In this document: piece after piece, positions 28,386-42,810 of the stretch
Numbering within the stretch: the first letter of the stretch is position 1
How the letters are laid out: the number at the start of each line of letters is the position of its first letter
Source of the DNA: the human T2T-CHM13v2.0 reference genome, Homo sapiens
Strand: one strand, 5' to 3'
Length of the DNA: 64,000 bases
Assembly (NCBI RefSeq): GCF_009914755.1
Contig: NC_060947.1
Made by a program: the position numbers and the translations under genes
Notes under the pieces: model-generated
What the model saw: the letters and a program-made list of their open reading frames with translations, nothing else
Told to the model about the DNA's origin: nothing
Database searches by the model: none

Positions 28386-29479
28386 TATACCAAGCTAGAC
28401 TGGCTCATTCTTTATCAATCCCATCACCATGCCCTTGCCGTGAGGAGCTCATTAAAGCTGAAGTTGACTTGGGTTAGATGTAAGTTGAAGTGAGGCTGGG
28501 TCTGGCAAGTAAGAATAGACTTCAGGCCTCTCTGAGAGAATTCAGTTTTTGCCTGCCCCTTGATGGAAATCAGAGAAGCCTCTATAAATTGGATTTTGGT
28601 GATAGGTGTCGGGGAGACCTAAAATCAGAGCTGAGAAGAGGGTGTGTTGAAGAAGTGGAATTCTGAGGTGGGTGAGAGGTAATAGAGAGAGAAAGGGGGT
28701 AGGCCATTATACAGGAGAAATGAGTGGCAGAGGTTTTAGGAGATTAGATTGGGTGTCTGTGTTACAATGCACAAAAGGTAGAAAACTGGGGTGGTCACAG
28801 AGCCCATAAATTGAGGAGCAGAGCTCTGTGTTCTAGTCTGTAATGATGATGGAGCTGGAAAAGGTTAAAATGAACATTTAATCTTCAATAATTTACTTCT
28901 AAAGTTCTGGCTCCAGTACCTAGCTCTCTAGATGGGAGAGCACTTCAGGGTTAGATCAGGTTTTGGAGTATGGTGGAGTAGGGAGTGTAATGGATTATAC
29001 AATGGCTACCATTGAAACAAGTACGTAAGAGGCAGGGGAATGCTTTGCATAGAGGAGAATCAGCCATTCTATAAAGTAATGACAAGGAGAGGTAAAGGGC
29101 TTACAGCTGTAAGTCAGAAATAGTGAAAATTTGAAATAAATTATAAAGAAGCAAAACAAGCACAAAAAAATGAAGCCCACTAATTACTGAAATTTAAGAT
29201 GTTATCCCATCCTATTGAATTTGTACTTTTAGCTGTAGTACAATTAGCATACTTATATTACACAAAAATAACAGTATATATGAAATATATTTATGTAAAT
29301 TATTGTTAATATTGAAACAAGGTATATACTTTATTGATATACGGTAATATCTGAAAATTTAGAAAAACTTTAGTACCCCTCAGCTTTGCTTTTTAGCAAA
29401 TGTTCTTATCCATTCCTATATATCCCCGACTATATTTGAAATAGTTTCATGATTTGCGTTTCCTTGCCTTATCTTTCTT

Positions 29480-29590
29480 GCTAAAAAGTAACTTACTTAG
29501 GTGACAGAGCATCACTCATCTCTGATCCTCTTCAATGCCTCACATACACTGTAGACTCAATAAACATTTGTGAAATGTATGAATGATTGA
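29480..29590 (+). mobile_element. L2 3' end
   Basis: gtagactcaataaacatttgtgaaatgtatgaatga terminal signature. Confidence 0.65.
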
Positions 29591-30453
29591 TGTATTGAAT
29601 ATGTGACTTTTCATTTCCTTTCATGTCAGAAGTGCTCACAAACACATGGCAAGTATTTGGTACATTGTTAAACATTTACTATTTTATTCTATACCATGTT
29701 AAGTCACATGGTCTGTAATTTCCAAAGACACTTGCAGAAGCTGCTGCTTTGGGATGATATGGGGGGGATGGTATCTTATAGGAGCCAAGAAAGATTTTAG
29801 TTCAGCTGAGCTCCCATTGTACTGTTTGATATGGACGTTCAAACTATTTTACACTTGTATGTTATGACTCAACTACTATTATATTTTATTTGAAAATTAT
29901 CTTCTACACTTTTATGTGATTTTACATAAATTTGATGTTTTTTTTACATACACACTCACCTTTGGTGAGGGAGGGGTTTGAACCCTCCTTGATTCTAATT
30001 GTACACCTTTTTAATCTCCCACCTTGATCAGTGATTGCCCTCATCTATATCATGCTTATCTAGGCCCAAATTTTTTATGACTGCATTCCTGTTAGAGTAG
30101 CATTCTCAATGATCATTTTAACTTCATTTTATTTACCTCCAACCCATCATAAACTGCATGCCAGTAGCAATTATTATTATGAAGCATTTGTAACATATCC
30201 TGCTCAATATCAGGTGTAATATTTGTTTCTATATAACTGGTTCCAAGAGCCTCATAAATCTAATTTAACCTACAAGACAAGTATCTTAAGAAATCTCCCT
30301 AACATTCCTTTATCACCCCTAAAATAATTACTTTCCATTTACAACTTAAGATTGGCACCTGTTGGTGTTTCTTGGGCTTATTCAAACTTCCTTTCTTAAA
30401 AAGGATAGTGATAGATAGAGGAGGGAAATAAAGTTGTGAAGACCTTGTAGAGT

Positions 30454-30865
30454 TGTGGTAGGCATAGTACCACCTGGATCTACCTCAAAGAAATACCTTA
30501 CTGTACATATACAAGGAGTGAAGTTAGCTATCAACTTCAGGTTTCATTTTTGCTTTACAAACAAGTTATGTCCTTCCCAGACAGTCTCAGCCAAAGACTG
30601 AGCATGACAGAGGTACCTAATTTGGAATTCTCTAACAAATTATTTTACTCTGAGTTTGCCCATTGGATTGATGAAGATGTCAGACCTGTATGATGATATG
30701 ATGATCTTCCTGTCCAAACATATTCCTTCCCCTTTTTATTTCACAGGAGTCAGATTAGACTAAAGACTCCCTCCCCATTTTGTCTTTCATAAGCAGTGTA
30801 CCAAATAAAACTCTCACATTACTAGCTTCATGTCAACATCTACTTTCCTGAGGTTCCAATTGACA
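30454..30865 (+). mobile_element. LTR16-like (ERVL) solo LTR, degenerate
   Basis: TG..CA termini (tgtggtagg..attgaca), aataaa at ~30804, ttccttcccctttttatttcacagg and catctactttcctgagg. Confidence 0.55.
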
Positions 30866-31289
30866 TAGGATGCAAATAAAGATTTGATTATAAGAACAAA
30901 CTGTGCTAAAGAAAGGAGAGTAAGAAGAGATTTTAGTCAAACCCAAGAGCCACACTGTTAAGTAATTGTCTTTTGAGGAAAATAATTTTGACTTGGGGAA
31001 AATAAGAGAGAGTATCTAAGATTCCAACAAGAAAATGAGCCTCTGTTTATAGGGCCTGCAGTTGCTGATCAAGTTTAATGTGAATGTGGGAATTATTAGC
31101 ATTATCTGTGACTGTAACAATTATTACTAAGAGAATGACTTATAAAAAATAAAGAATAATAAAATGTCATGAATTTGATTATTTGTTTTTCTTTATCATT
31201 GATAGAAGGAGTACTGGCAGTGAAAAGTTTCCAAGGCAAGTAGAAATCAATACCTGGCTTAGGAAACTTTAAGAAGCCAGGAATATAAT

Positions 31290-31545
31290 TACAGTAGAGA
31301 AAATATCAAAGTGTGAGTCAGAAATCTTATGTTACTACCTCCATATGACATCTTGAACAAGTTAACCTCTCTCAGGTTTGTTTCCTCATCTGCAAAATTA
31401 TGCAACAATCTTGTATATATTAGGATAATATAAAGTCATATATATACACGTATGTATAAATATTTATATCATGGGATTGCTGTGATGATCATATGAAATG
31501 AATATGAACATATTCTGTAAACCCTAAAGTAGTGATAGTATTATC
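31290..31545 (+). mobile_element. MIR SINE
   Basis: cttgaacaagttaacctctctcagg..tttcctcatctgcaaaat core. Confidence 0.7.
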
Positions 31546-33789
31546 TGACAACTGCATGGGTTGTCCTTTTTGGTCATCATTGTGTTCTATAAATCTGCTT
31601 TGTTCTTATAAATCGCTTAGCTATTTTCTTCTTCTCTGAGTAGTAGTTTTAATTTACAGACTTTGTAAATTAAAACAAAGTATGGCAGTGAAGACAATCA
31701 TTGCTTTGGAAACATTAAGCAGTTGAAAATATCATAGTATTAAATAACTATTGGTGATATGTTAGTACACAGGCAGCTATTTACATATGTGCTTTGAAGG
31801 ACACTAAAGAGCTTGCCCTTATGCTAACTATTTTCTACATTAGTTTGTTTCCTTTAAAATATTTTTATGTTTTAAACATTTAACCTCCATAAAAGCCTTG
31901 TTCAATTACAATTATTTTACTTCCACCTGTCACAGTACTATATAGTACTCAAATAAGTTTATCAAATTAGTAGAGATTGGTTCAGAAAGAAAGAGGACAT
32001 AGAGCAGATGAAATTTGATTGAAGTGGGGCAATTGAAACAGTGAAATGTCCAGAATGCAAATTGTTTAGTGAGAAGAGAAAGCTTAGGTGACTGGGCCAT
32101 GGGAAGTCCTGAACAGCTGGAAAATAGAATGAAGGCTTTAAGTTCTTGGTGGGTGGGTTGATAGGGATTGAGAAAAGGCACAAAGGGGCACTGAAGGACG
32201 GGTTGTAAGCCACCGAAAACAAAAGTTTTCTATTCACAAATTTGCTCATGCTAAACCTGCTTCAGAAATCCTTGAAAGTAGACATTTGCATCAATAAAGC
32301 TTTTATTAGGCAGAAAGGTTATATTTTGTGTTCAATCTATTGAGAAAATCCAGCAAGTTCTCTACCTACAAAGGTTCTTTAAATGTAGTGCTTTCCTGCT
32401 ACCGTAATCTGATCATGCAACATTAGCTGGAAATTGCAAGGAGAAAAAGCTAATAAAACTACTCTTGTAAACCCAACAATACAGGATCCACTTAAGGTAG
32501 TGCTGATCTCATAACCTACAAATTTCCATTTCACTAGTCTACTAGGTAAAACAGTGCTAAAGTGCCCTTTCAGTGACACTGGAGCTGTGAGAGGTTTTCT
32601 GACTTGATTGCAGTCCTTTCTGTTAATTATTAGTAAAGAGATCTCCTCACAAAGGCTGCTGTCTAGTTTTCCAGGCTGAGGGGCTTAGGCAGTTTGGATC
32701 CAAGAGCTCTTACTCATTGGAACCACTTAATTCAAACATTTTCTTTCAAGGTTTCGAATTCTATTGTTGGTAGGTAGGAAGAGTCTCTGAGATCAATGTG
32801 GAAAAACTATCATTAACACAAGGGCATAAGATTTTTTGAGTTAAAGCTTGGGGATTCCATCTGGCTCACATCTGAGTGGGTATGTTTTTTAATCCTCCCT
32901 GTATCTTTCAAAATCAGCTTAGTAATATATCTTCATTTATAATGATGTATTTCATCTATCACACATTTGTCCTTATTTGACTATACTGTTACAATGATAA
33001 CTAAAGTAAAACATTATACAATTTATTTTTATTCAATATAATTTAGAAGATGTAATGCACCTAGTTGAAAAATATAAACTTTTCCAACACATTTTCAGTT
33101 TGAGTGTGAGAAACTATCTTCCGTAGGTCCATTTTCCCCCTAGATATTATTCTTTTAATCCATATAAATTGCCACTAAGTGAACAGCAATATCTGGAGCT
33201 GTGGCTCACGCTCTGAATAGCTATGCTGTCCATAGTTTTATTTTATTTGAAAACCTTAACAATTATATCATTGCCAGTGGACAGTTTTCAAAACAAAACA
33301 CACATATTTAGAGAGCTAAATATGTATTTACTGTTGGCAAATAATTTAATTTTACAAGGTGATTTTAGCTTCTTTATATGATGAGATGGAGGTTTCTATA
33401 AAGCAATAGATGTCTTCTAGATCTTATAATTTTCGTTTTTACCCTAGGAATTTTGTTACTTCCTTTTTCAGCAAGGTAAACTTGTTCCTATTGGTCTGCT
33501 ATTTTGCTTTATAGAGTCATTCTTTTTTCTTAGGTAAAAGTGACTTTTGAGAAAGGGACTCATGCCTCACTCTAAAGGGCTTCCTGTTGTCAGGAGATCT
33601 GCCAAAAGTGAAAAAAAAAAAAAATTATCTTTCAATTGTTTTAGGCCCCATTGGAACTGATAGAAAATTGATTTGCTTGATGCCAGATTTAGATTTTTAG
33701 AAAACAATTTTTAAGATTAAAAAAAACTGGGGTATATCCAATGTATCTTCTCTGAGAAACGGTAAGGTATAATTAATTTTGGGGCTTTG

Positions 33790-34612
33790 TACACACTCTT
33801 AAGTGAAATATCTCTTCATGACTCTTGCTCATTTTGTAATTGGATTGTTTGTTTTAAACTGTTGAGTTTTGAGACTTTTTATACACTCTAGATAATCATT
33901 CTTTGTTGGATATGTGATTTCCAAATATTTTCTCCCAGTCTGTATCTTGTCTTTTCATCCTCTTCATAGAGTCTTTTACAGAACAATGTTTTTAATTTTT
34001 GTGGGATAAAATATAACTTTCATTAATAGGGTTTTACTTTTGGTATTAAGTCAAAAAACTATTCTCCTAAGCATTAAAAATTTAAATTTATCTCATTTAT
34101 TTCAAAATAAGTTTTATAGTATTATATTCATGTGTGATCTAGTTTAAGTTATTTTTTGTAAAAAATGTGAGACTTAGGTCAAAGTTTATGACTTTTTGTT
34201 TGTTTGTTTGTTTTGCCTATGGATGGCCAATTGCCCTAGTCCCATTTGTTGAAAAGTCTACACTTTCTCCATTGTGTTGATTCTAAACCTTTGCCACAAA
34301 TCAGTTGAGTATTTCTATGAATCTGTTTCTGGCTTTTTTACTCGGTTCCATTGATATCTCTGTTTCATTGATTTTTGTGACTATTTCTCCACCAATATCA
34401 CACTATCTTAATTAGCCTAACTATATAGAAGGATTTACTATCTAGTGGAGTGATTCTTCTGACTATATTGTTCTTTTTAAAAATGTTTTTGACTATCCTA
34501 ATGCCTAAAACTTTTCTTATAAATGTTAGAAGTTTGTCTATGTCTACAAAAGTCTTTGTTAGTTTTGATGAGAATTTAATTAAACCTATGAATCAATTTG
34601 AGAAGAATTGGC
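33790..34612 (-). mobile_element. Old L1M ORF2 fragment
   Basis: ctgttgagttttgaga..ccaaatattttctcccagtctgta..cccatttgttgaaaag. Confidence 0.75.
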
Positions 34613-34617
34613 ATGAT

Positions 34618-37600
34618 ATATTATATGAATAGTACTCCATTGTGTATAAGTACCACACTTTCTTTACCCATTCATTTGTTGATGACACTTAGGTTGCTCC
34701 CAAATCTTGACTGTTGTGAACAGTAGTGCAACAAACATGAGAGTGCAGACATCTCTTTGATATACTGATTTCCTTTCTTTTGGGTATATATCCAGCAGTG
34801 AGATTACTGGATCATATATTAATTCAATTTTTAGTTTTTTGAGGAACCTCCCAACTATTCTCCATAGAGTTTGTACTAATTTACATTCACATCAACAGTG
34901 TACGAGGGTTCCCTTTTCTCCACATCCTTGCCAGCATTTCTTATTGCCTGTCTTTTGGATACAAGCCATTTTAAACGAGGTGATATCTCATTGTAGTTTT
35001 GATTTGCATTTATCTGATGATCAGTGACTTTAATCACCTTTTCATGTGCCTGTTTGTCTTCTTTTGAGAAATACCTATTCAGATATTTTACTCATTTTGA
35101 ATTGGATTATTAGATTTATTGCCATAGATTTGTTTGAGCTGCTTATACATTCTGGTTATTAGTCCCTTGTCAGATAGGTAGTTTGCAATTTTTTTTCCAG
35201 TTCTGTTGGTTGTTTCTTCACTTTGCTGATTGCTTCATTTGCTGTGCAGAAGCTTTCTAACTTCATGTGATTCCAGTTATCTTTTTTTTTGGTTGCCTAT
35301 GCTTGTGGAGTATTACTCAATAAATTTTTGCCAAGACCAATTCTTAGAGAATTTGTCCCATGTTTTCTTTTAATAGTTTCATAGTTTGACGTCTTATATT
35401 TAAGTCTTTAATTCATTTCGACTTGATTTTTCTGTATGGCAAAGGATAATCGTCTAATTTCATAAACCTGCATGTGGATATTCAATATTCCCAGAACCAC
35501 TGATTGAAAAAATTGTCTTTTCCCCAGTGTGTGTTCTTGGCACCTTTTTTGAAAATGAGTTCACTCTAGGTGTGTGGACTTATTTCTGGGCTGTCTATTT
35601 TGTTTAACTGGCCTATGCGTCTGTATTTTATGCCAGTACTGTGCTGCTTTTTTTTTTCCTATAGCTTTGTAGTATAATTTGAAGTCAGGTAATGTAATTT
35701 TGCCCATTTTGTTCTCTTTGTTCAAGATACCCTTGGCTACTCTGGGTCTGTTGTGGTGCCATATAAATTTTAGGATTGCTTTTCTATTTCTGTGAGGAAA
35801 ATCATTTGTATTTTGATGGGGATTGCATTGAATCTTTAGATTGCTTCCAATCCATGAACATGGAATATCTTTACAGTTTTTTTATGAGCTATCATCAAAT
35901 TATTCTTATCAATGATTTATAGTTTTTATTGTAGAGATATTTCACTCCCTTGGTTAAGATATTTCCTAGGTATTTTATTTTATTTGTGACTATTATAAAT
36001 GGGATTACTTTTTTCTTTGTTTCTCAGATTGTTTGCTGTTGACATATAGAAGCACTGATGATTTTTGTATGTTGCTGTTTTATGCTGTAATTTCACTGAA
36101 TTTGTATATCAGTTTTAATAGTTTTTTGTGGAGTCTTTAGCTTTTTTTTTTCAAATATAAGATTATATCATATGAAAACAAGAATAATTTCACTTATTTG
36201 TTCCAATTTGGATGCCCTATGTTACTTTCTTTTCATTAATTGTTCTAGCTAGGACTTCCAGTACTATGTTGGATAACAGTAGTGAAAGTGGGAATTCTTG
36301 ATGAGTTCCAGATATTACAGTAAAAGCTGTCAGTTTATTCCCATTTAGCATTATACTAGCTGTGGCTCTGTCATATATGGCTTTTATTATGTTGAGGTAT
36401 AATCCTTTTATACCCAGATTTTTTAGAGTTTTTTCATGAAGTGATGTTAAATTTTATCAAATGCTTTTACAACATCATTGAAATGATCATATGGGTTTTT
36501 TCCTTAATTCTGTTCGTATTAAGTAGCGCATTGATTGATTTGCATATGCTGAACCATCCTTGCATCACAGGGATAAATCTCATTTGGTCATGATCAATAA
36601 TCTTCTTAATGTGTTTTTTTGAATTTGATTTGCTGCTATTTTGTTGAGGATTTTTGCACCAATATTAATCAGTGATATGGGCCTGTAATTTTTTATGTGT
36701 TTTTTGTCTGATTTTGTTATCAAGATAATACTGGCTTAATGGAATAGGTTTGGAAGTGCTACCTCCTCTTCTATTTTTCAGAATAGTTTTAGTAGGATTG
36801 GTATTTTCTCTTCTTTAAAAATTTGGTGTAATTCAGTAGTGAAGCCATCAGGTCCCAGGCTTCATTTTTCTGGGACACTTTCAATTACATCTTAGATCTG
36901 TTTACTTATTCTTGATCTGTTAAAGTTTTGGATTTCTTCATGGTTCAATCTTGGTAGGTTGTATTTGTGTAAAAATTTATCCATTTCCTCTAGATTTTAC
37001 AACTTACTGGCATATAGTTGCTCATAGTAGCCACTAATGATCCTTTGAATTTCTCCAGTATCAGTTGTAATATCTCCTTTCTTGTTTCTGATTTTATTTA
37101 CTTGGATCTCCTCCCCTATTTTCTTCATTAGTCCAGCTAAGGGTTTGTCAATTTTGTTCTCAAAAAACCAACTTTATGTCTCATTGACCTTTTGTATTAT
37201 TTTCTTCATTTCAAATACATTTATTTCTGCTCTGATCTTTGTTATTTATTTTATTCCACTAATGCTGGGTTACGTTTGCTCTTGCTTTTCTAGTTCTTCA
37301 AGATTTATCATTAAGTTGTTTATTTATAGCTTTTCTTCTTTCTTGATGTAGGTTCTTATAGCGATATATTTTTCTCTTAATATTGCCTTCACTGTATTCC
37401 ATAAATTTCAGTATGTTGTGATTCTATTATCATTTGTTTCAAGAAATTTTTCAATTTCATTTTTACTTTCTTAATTGACCCACAGTTCACTCAGGAGCAC
37501 ATTGTTTAGTTTCCATGTGTTTGCGTAGTTTTCAAAATTTTTCCTGTTATTGATTTACAGTTTTATTCCACGATGATCAGAGAAGATGCTTGATATTATT

Positions 37601-37883
37601 TTAATCTTTTAATATCTTAAGACTTGTCTGTTACCAAACATACGGTCTATCATTGAGAATGATCCACGTGATGAGAAGAATGTATATTCTGCAGCTGTTG
37701 GATTACATGTTCTATAAATATTTATCAGATCCATTTGTTCTATAGTTCAGGTTAAGTCAAATGTTTCTTTGTTGAGCTTCTGTCTGAAAGATCTGTTCAA
37801 TGCTGAAAGGGGGGTGTTGGCATCTCCAGCTATTATTGAACTGACATCTATCTCTCTCTTTAGCTGTAATAGTACTTGCTTTA
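34618..37883 (-). mobile_element. L1MA-type ORF2 (C-terminus to endonuclease), antisense
   Basis: Continuous antisense ORF2 similarity from gaatagtactccattgtgtat to gttggcatctccagctattatt. Confidence 0.9.
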
Positions 37884-40619
37884 AAATAAACTAGAAAATC
37901 TGGAAGAAATGGATAAATTCCTAGACACATACACCCTCTCAAGACTAAACCAGGAAGAAATGAAATCCCTGAATAGACCAATAACAAGTTCTGAAATAGA
38001 GGCCATAATTAATAGCCTACCAACCAAAAGAAGCCCAGGACCAGATGGATTCACAGCCTAATTCTACCAGGGGTACAAAGAGGATCTGGTACCATTCTTT
38101 CTGAAACTATTCCAAACAATTTAAAAGGAGGGACTCCTCCCTAACTCATTTTATGAATCCAGCATCATCCTGATACCAAAACCTGGCAGAGACACAACAA
38201 AAGAAAACTTCTGGTCAATATTTCTGATGATCATTGATGAGAAAATCCTCAGTAGAATACTGGCAAACCAAATCCTGCAGCACATCAAAAAGCTTATCCA
38301 TCACAATCAAGTCAGCTTCATCCTGGGGTGCAAAGCTGGTTCAACATACGCAAATCAATAAACATAATATGTCACATAAACAGAAAAAAAATGACAAAAA
38401 CCGCATGATTATCTCAAGGGATGCAGAAAAACCTTTTGATAAAACTCCTTCATGTTAAAATCTCTCAATAAACTAGGTATTGGTGGAACATATCTCTAAA
38501 TAATAAGAGCTACTTATGACAAACCCATAGGCAATATCACACTGAATGTGCAAAAGCTGGAAGCATTCCCTTTGAAAACCAGCACAAGACAAGGATACCC
38601 TCTCTCACCACTCCTATTCAACATAGGATTGGAAGTTCTGGCCAGGGGAATCAGGCAAGAAAAAGAAATAAACTGTATTCAAATGGGAAGAGACAAAGTC
38701 AAATTGTCTGTGTTTGCAGATGACATGATTTTATATTTAGAAAACCCCATCATCACAGCCTAAAAACACCTTAAGCTGATAAACAACTTCAGCAAAATCT
38801 CAGAATACAAAATCAGTATGCAAAAATCACAAGCATTCATATACACCAATGATAGACAATAAGAGAGCCAAATCATGAATGAACTCCCATTCACAATTGC
38901 TACAAAGAGAATAAACTGCCTAGGAATAGAGTTTACAAGAGACATGAAGGACCTCTTCAAGGAAAACTACAAACCACTGCTCAAGGAAATAAGAGAGGAC
39001 ACAAACAAATGGAAAAACATTCCATGCTCAAAGATAATAAGAATCAATATTGTGAAAATGGCCCTACCACCCAAAGTAATTTATAGATTCAATGTTATTC
39101 CCATCAAACTACCATTGATATTCTTCACAGATTTAGAATAAACTACTTTAAATTTCATATGGAACAAAAAAGAGCTCATATAGCCAAAACAATCCTAAGC
39201 AACAAGAACAAAGCTGGAGACATCACACTACCTGACTTCAAGCTATACTACAATGCTACAGTAACCAAAACAGCATGGTACTGGTATCAAAACAGACATA
39301 TAGATGAATGGAACAGAACAGAAACCTCAGAAATGACACCACACATCTACAACCATATGATCTTCAACAAACCTGACAAAAACAAGAAATAGGGAAAGGA
39401 TTTCCTATTTAATAAATGGTGCTGGGAGAACTGGCTAGCCATATGGAGAAAACTCAAACTGTACCCCTTCATTACAACTTATGCAAAAATTAACTCAAGA
39501 TGGATTAAAGACTTAAATTTAAAACCCAAAACCATAAAAACCCTAGAAGAATACCTAGGCAATACCATTCAGGACATAGGCATGGGCAAAGACTTCATGA
39601 CAAAAACACCAAAAGCAATTTCAACAAAGCCAAAATTGACAAATGGGATCTAACTGAACTAAAGAGCTTCTGCAAAGCAAAAGAAGCAATCATCAGAGTA
39701 AACAGGCAACCTACAAAATGGGAGAAAATTTTTGCAATCTACCCATCTGACAAAGGGCTAATATCCAGAATCTACAAGGATCTTAAATAAATTTACAAGA
39801 AAAAAAAAACAACCCCATTAAAAAGTGGGCAAATAATATGAACAGATACTTCTCAAAAGAAGACATTTATGTGGCCAACAAACATATTAAAAAAACTCAT
39901 CATCACTGATTATTAGAGAAATGCAAATCAAAACCACAATGAGATACCATCTCATGCCAGTCAAAATGATGATTATTAAAAAGTTAAGAAACAATAGATG
40001 ATGGTAAGGCTGTGGAAAAATAGGAACACTTTTACACTGTTTGTGGGAACATAAATTAGTTCAACCATTGTGGAAGACAGTGTGAAAATTTCTTAAGGAT
40101 CTAGAACCAGAAATACCATTTGACCCAGCAATCCCATTATTGGGTACATACCCAAATTAATATAAATCATTCTGCTATAAAGACACATGCACACATATGT
40201 TTATTGCAGCACTATTTACTATAGCAAAGACATGGAACCAACCCAAATGTCCATCAAAGTTAGACTAGATAAAGAAAATATACATATACACCATGGAATA
40301 CTATGCAGCTATTAAAAAGATGGGATAATGTCCTTTGCAGAGACATGGATGAAGCTGGAAGCCATCATCCTCTGCAAACTAACACAGGAACAGAAAACCA
40401 AACACCACATATTCTCACTCATAGGTGGGAGTTGAATAATGAGAACACATGGACACAGGGGGGAGAACAGCACACACTGAGGCCTGTTGGGGAGTGGGGG
40501 TATAAGGGGAGGGAGAGCATTAGGACAAATACCTGATCGATGCAGGGCTTAAAACCTACGTGATGGGTTGATAGGTGCAGCAAACCACCATGGCACATGT
40601 ATACCTATGTAACACACCT
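37884..40619 (+). mobile_element. 5'-truncated L1PA (L1PA8-like) nested in L1MA; terminal bases and poly-A absent
   Basis: ORFs 38548..38763 ([27 protein letters not shown]), 38875..39141 and 39159..39392; 3'UTR gcattaggacaaatacct..gggcttaaaacct..gcagcaaaccaccatggcac. Confidence 0.93.
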
Positions 40620-40725
40620 ATATACATATATACATATATATATATAGATAGATAGGTATTCATATATATATAGGTATTCCTATCTCTCTCTCTATATATA
40701 GGTATACCTATATATATGTATATAT
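40620..40725. repeat. (TA)-rich compound microsatellite
   Basis: Directly visible. Confidence 0.85.
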
Positions 40726-40739
40726 TCCTCAAATTAACT

Positions 40740-42810
40740 CTTTCATAGATATACTATTCTAGAGTACTCTTTTTTCCCTTAGGACTTTAAATATATCATG
40801 CCACTCTCTCCTGACCTGTAAGGTTTCCACTGAAATGTCTGCTGCCAGGCGTATTGGAGTTCCATTGTATGTTGTTTTTCTTGCTGATTTTAGGATTCTT
40901 TTTTTATCCTTGATTTTTTAGTGTTTGACTATTAAATGCCTTGAGGGAGTTTTATTTGGGTTGAATCTGCTCAGTGTTCTATAACCTCCTTATACTTGAA
41001 TACTGGTAGCATTCTCTAGGTTTGAGAAGTTGTTTGTTACTATCCTTTCGAATAAACCTTCTACTCCTGTCTCTTTCTCTACCTCCTTTTTAAGGCCAAT
41101 AACTCTTAGATTTGCCCTTTTGAGGCTATTTCCTAGATCCTGTAGGCATGATTCATTGTTGTTGTCGTTTTCTTTTGCCCCATCTAACTGCGTCTTTCCA
41201 AATAGACTCTCTTCAAGCTCACTAATTCTTTCCTCTGCTTGATCAATTCTGCTATTAAATGACTCTGATGCATTATTCAATACGTCAATTGCATTTCTCA
41301 ACTCCAGAATTTCTGCTCGATTCTTTTTAATATTTCCATCTTTGTTAAATTTATCTGATGGAATTCTGAATTCTTTTTCTGTGTTGTCTTGAATTTCTTT
41401 GAATTTCCTCAAAATAGTTAGTTTGAATTATCTGTCTGATAGGTCACATACCTCTGTTTCTCCAGGACTTTTTCCTGGTTTGGTGAAGTTATGTTTTCCT
41501 CGATGGTGTTTATGCTTGTAGATGTTCATTGGTGTTTGGGCATTGAAGAGTTAGATATATATTGTATTCTTTGCAATCTGGGTTTTTTCGTGTCTGTCCT
41601 TTTTGAGAAGACTTTCTGAGTAGTTGACGGTACTTGGGCCCCAAGCCCAATAACACTATGGTTTTGATAGACTTGTAGAGGTATAGCCTTGGTTGTCTTT
41701 CATATGATCTGGAAGAATTCTCTGGATTACCAAGCAGAGACTTTTTTTCCTTCCAATTACTTTCTCCAAAACAAATTTTTTTTTTCTCTGTGTTGAACCA
41801 CATAGAACTGAGAATGTGGTGATGCAAGCACCCATGTAGTTACCAACACTAGTAATTTGCTGGGTCAGATCTGAAGCCAGAATAGCACTGGGTCTTGCCT
41901 AAGGCCTGCTATAACTGCTGGTTGGCTATCACCTATGTTCACTCAAGGCCCTAAGGCTCTACAGTCTTCAGGTGGTGAAGCCAGTCAGGTTTGTGTCCTT
42001 ACTTTCAGGAAAAAGGAGTTCCCACAAAACCTGGGCAAGTCCAGAGATGCTGTCTGGGAACCAGGGATTGGAGTCAAAAACCTTAGAAATTTGCCCAATG
42101 TTATATTCTATAACAGCTAAGCTGGAACTTGAATCACAAGACAAAGTCCTTCTTACTCTTCCCTCCCCTTTCCACAGGCAAAAATCCTCTTGCTGTGGGC
42201 ATCGCCATCACCACACTACCGTGAGTTGTGCCAAGATACTACCAATGTTCACTTAAAGCCCAAGGTCTCTTCAGTCAGCTTGTGGTGAATGCTGCCAGGC
42301 CTGGGACTCACCCTTCAGGGCAGTGGCCTCCACTCTGGCACAGTGCAGGTCCAGAAATGCTGTCAAAGAGCCTCAGCAAAGACTCAGGGACCCAAGAGCC
42401 TGCTTGTTGCTCTACCCAACTGTAACTGAGCTGGTACCTAATGTGCAACACCAAGTTCTCTATACATTTCCCTCTGCTTTTCATAAACAGGAGTGTTTCA
42501 CCACATCCACTAGAGCTGGGAATGTGCTGGAACACACCTAATGTGAGCATGTCTTAAAGCCCATAGTCCACTTCCTACTATCTGGATATCATTTCTAGTT
42601 ATTCAGAAAGAAAAGGTTCTTTAGTCAGCAGGTGATGACTCCTACCAGGACTGGGTCCTTCCCTTCAAGGCAATGAGTTCCATTTTGCCCAAGGCATGTC
42701 TAGAAATGTCATCCATGATCTAGGTCCTGGAATGGGTTCTTCATGACTATGCCTGGTGCCCTATTCTACTGTGGCTGTGTTGGTATCTAAGATGCAAGAC
42801 AAAGCCCTGT
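40740..42810 (-). mobile_element. L1MA-type ORF1 and 5'UTR (same element as 34618-37883)
   Basis: ORF 40990..41412(-) (SRIDQAEERISELE..NSLKRANLRVIGL) is L1 ORF1p; GC-richer 5'UTR with repeated blocks follows. Confidence 0.88.

Noticed and set aside
40990-41412. 140-aa coiled-coil-like ORF
   Set aside because: Fragment of L1 ORF1p with no sign of domestication.
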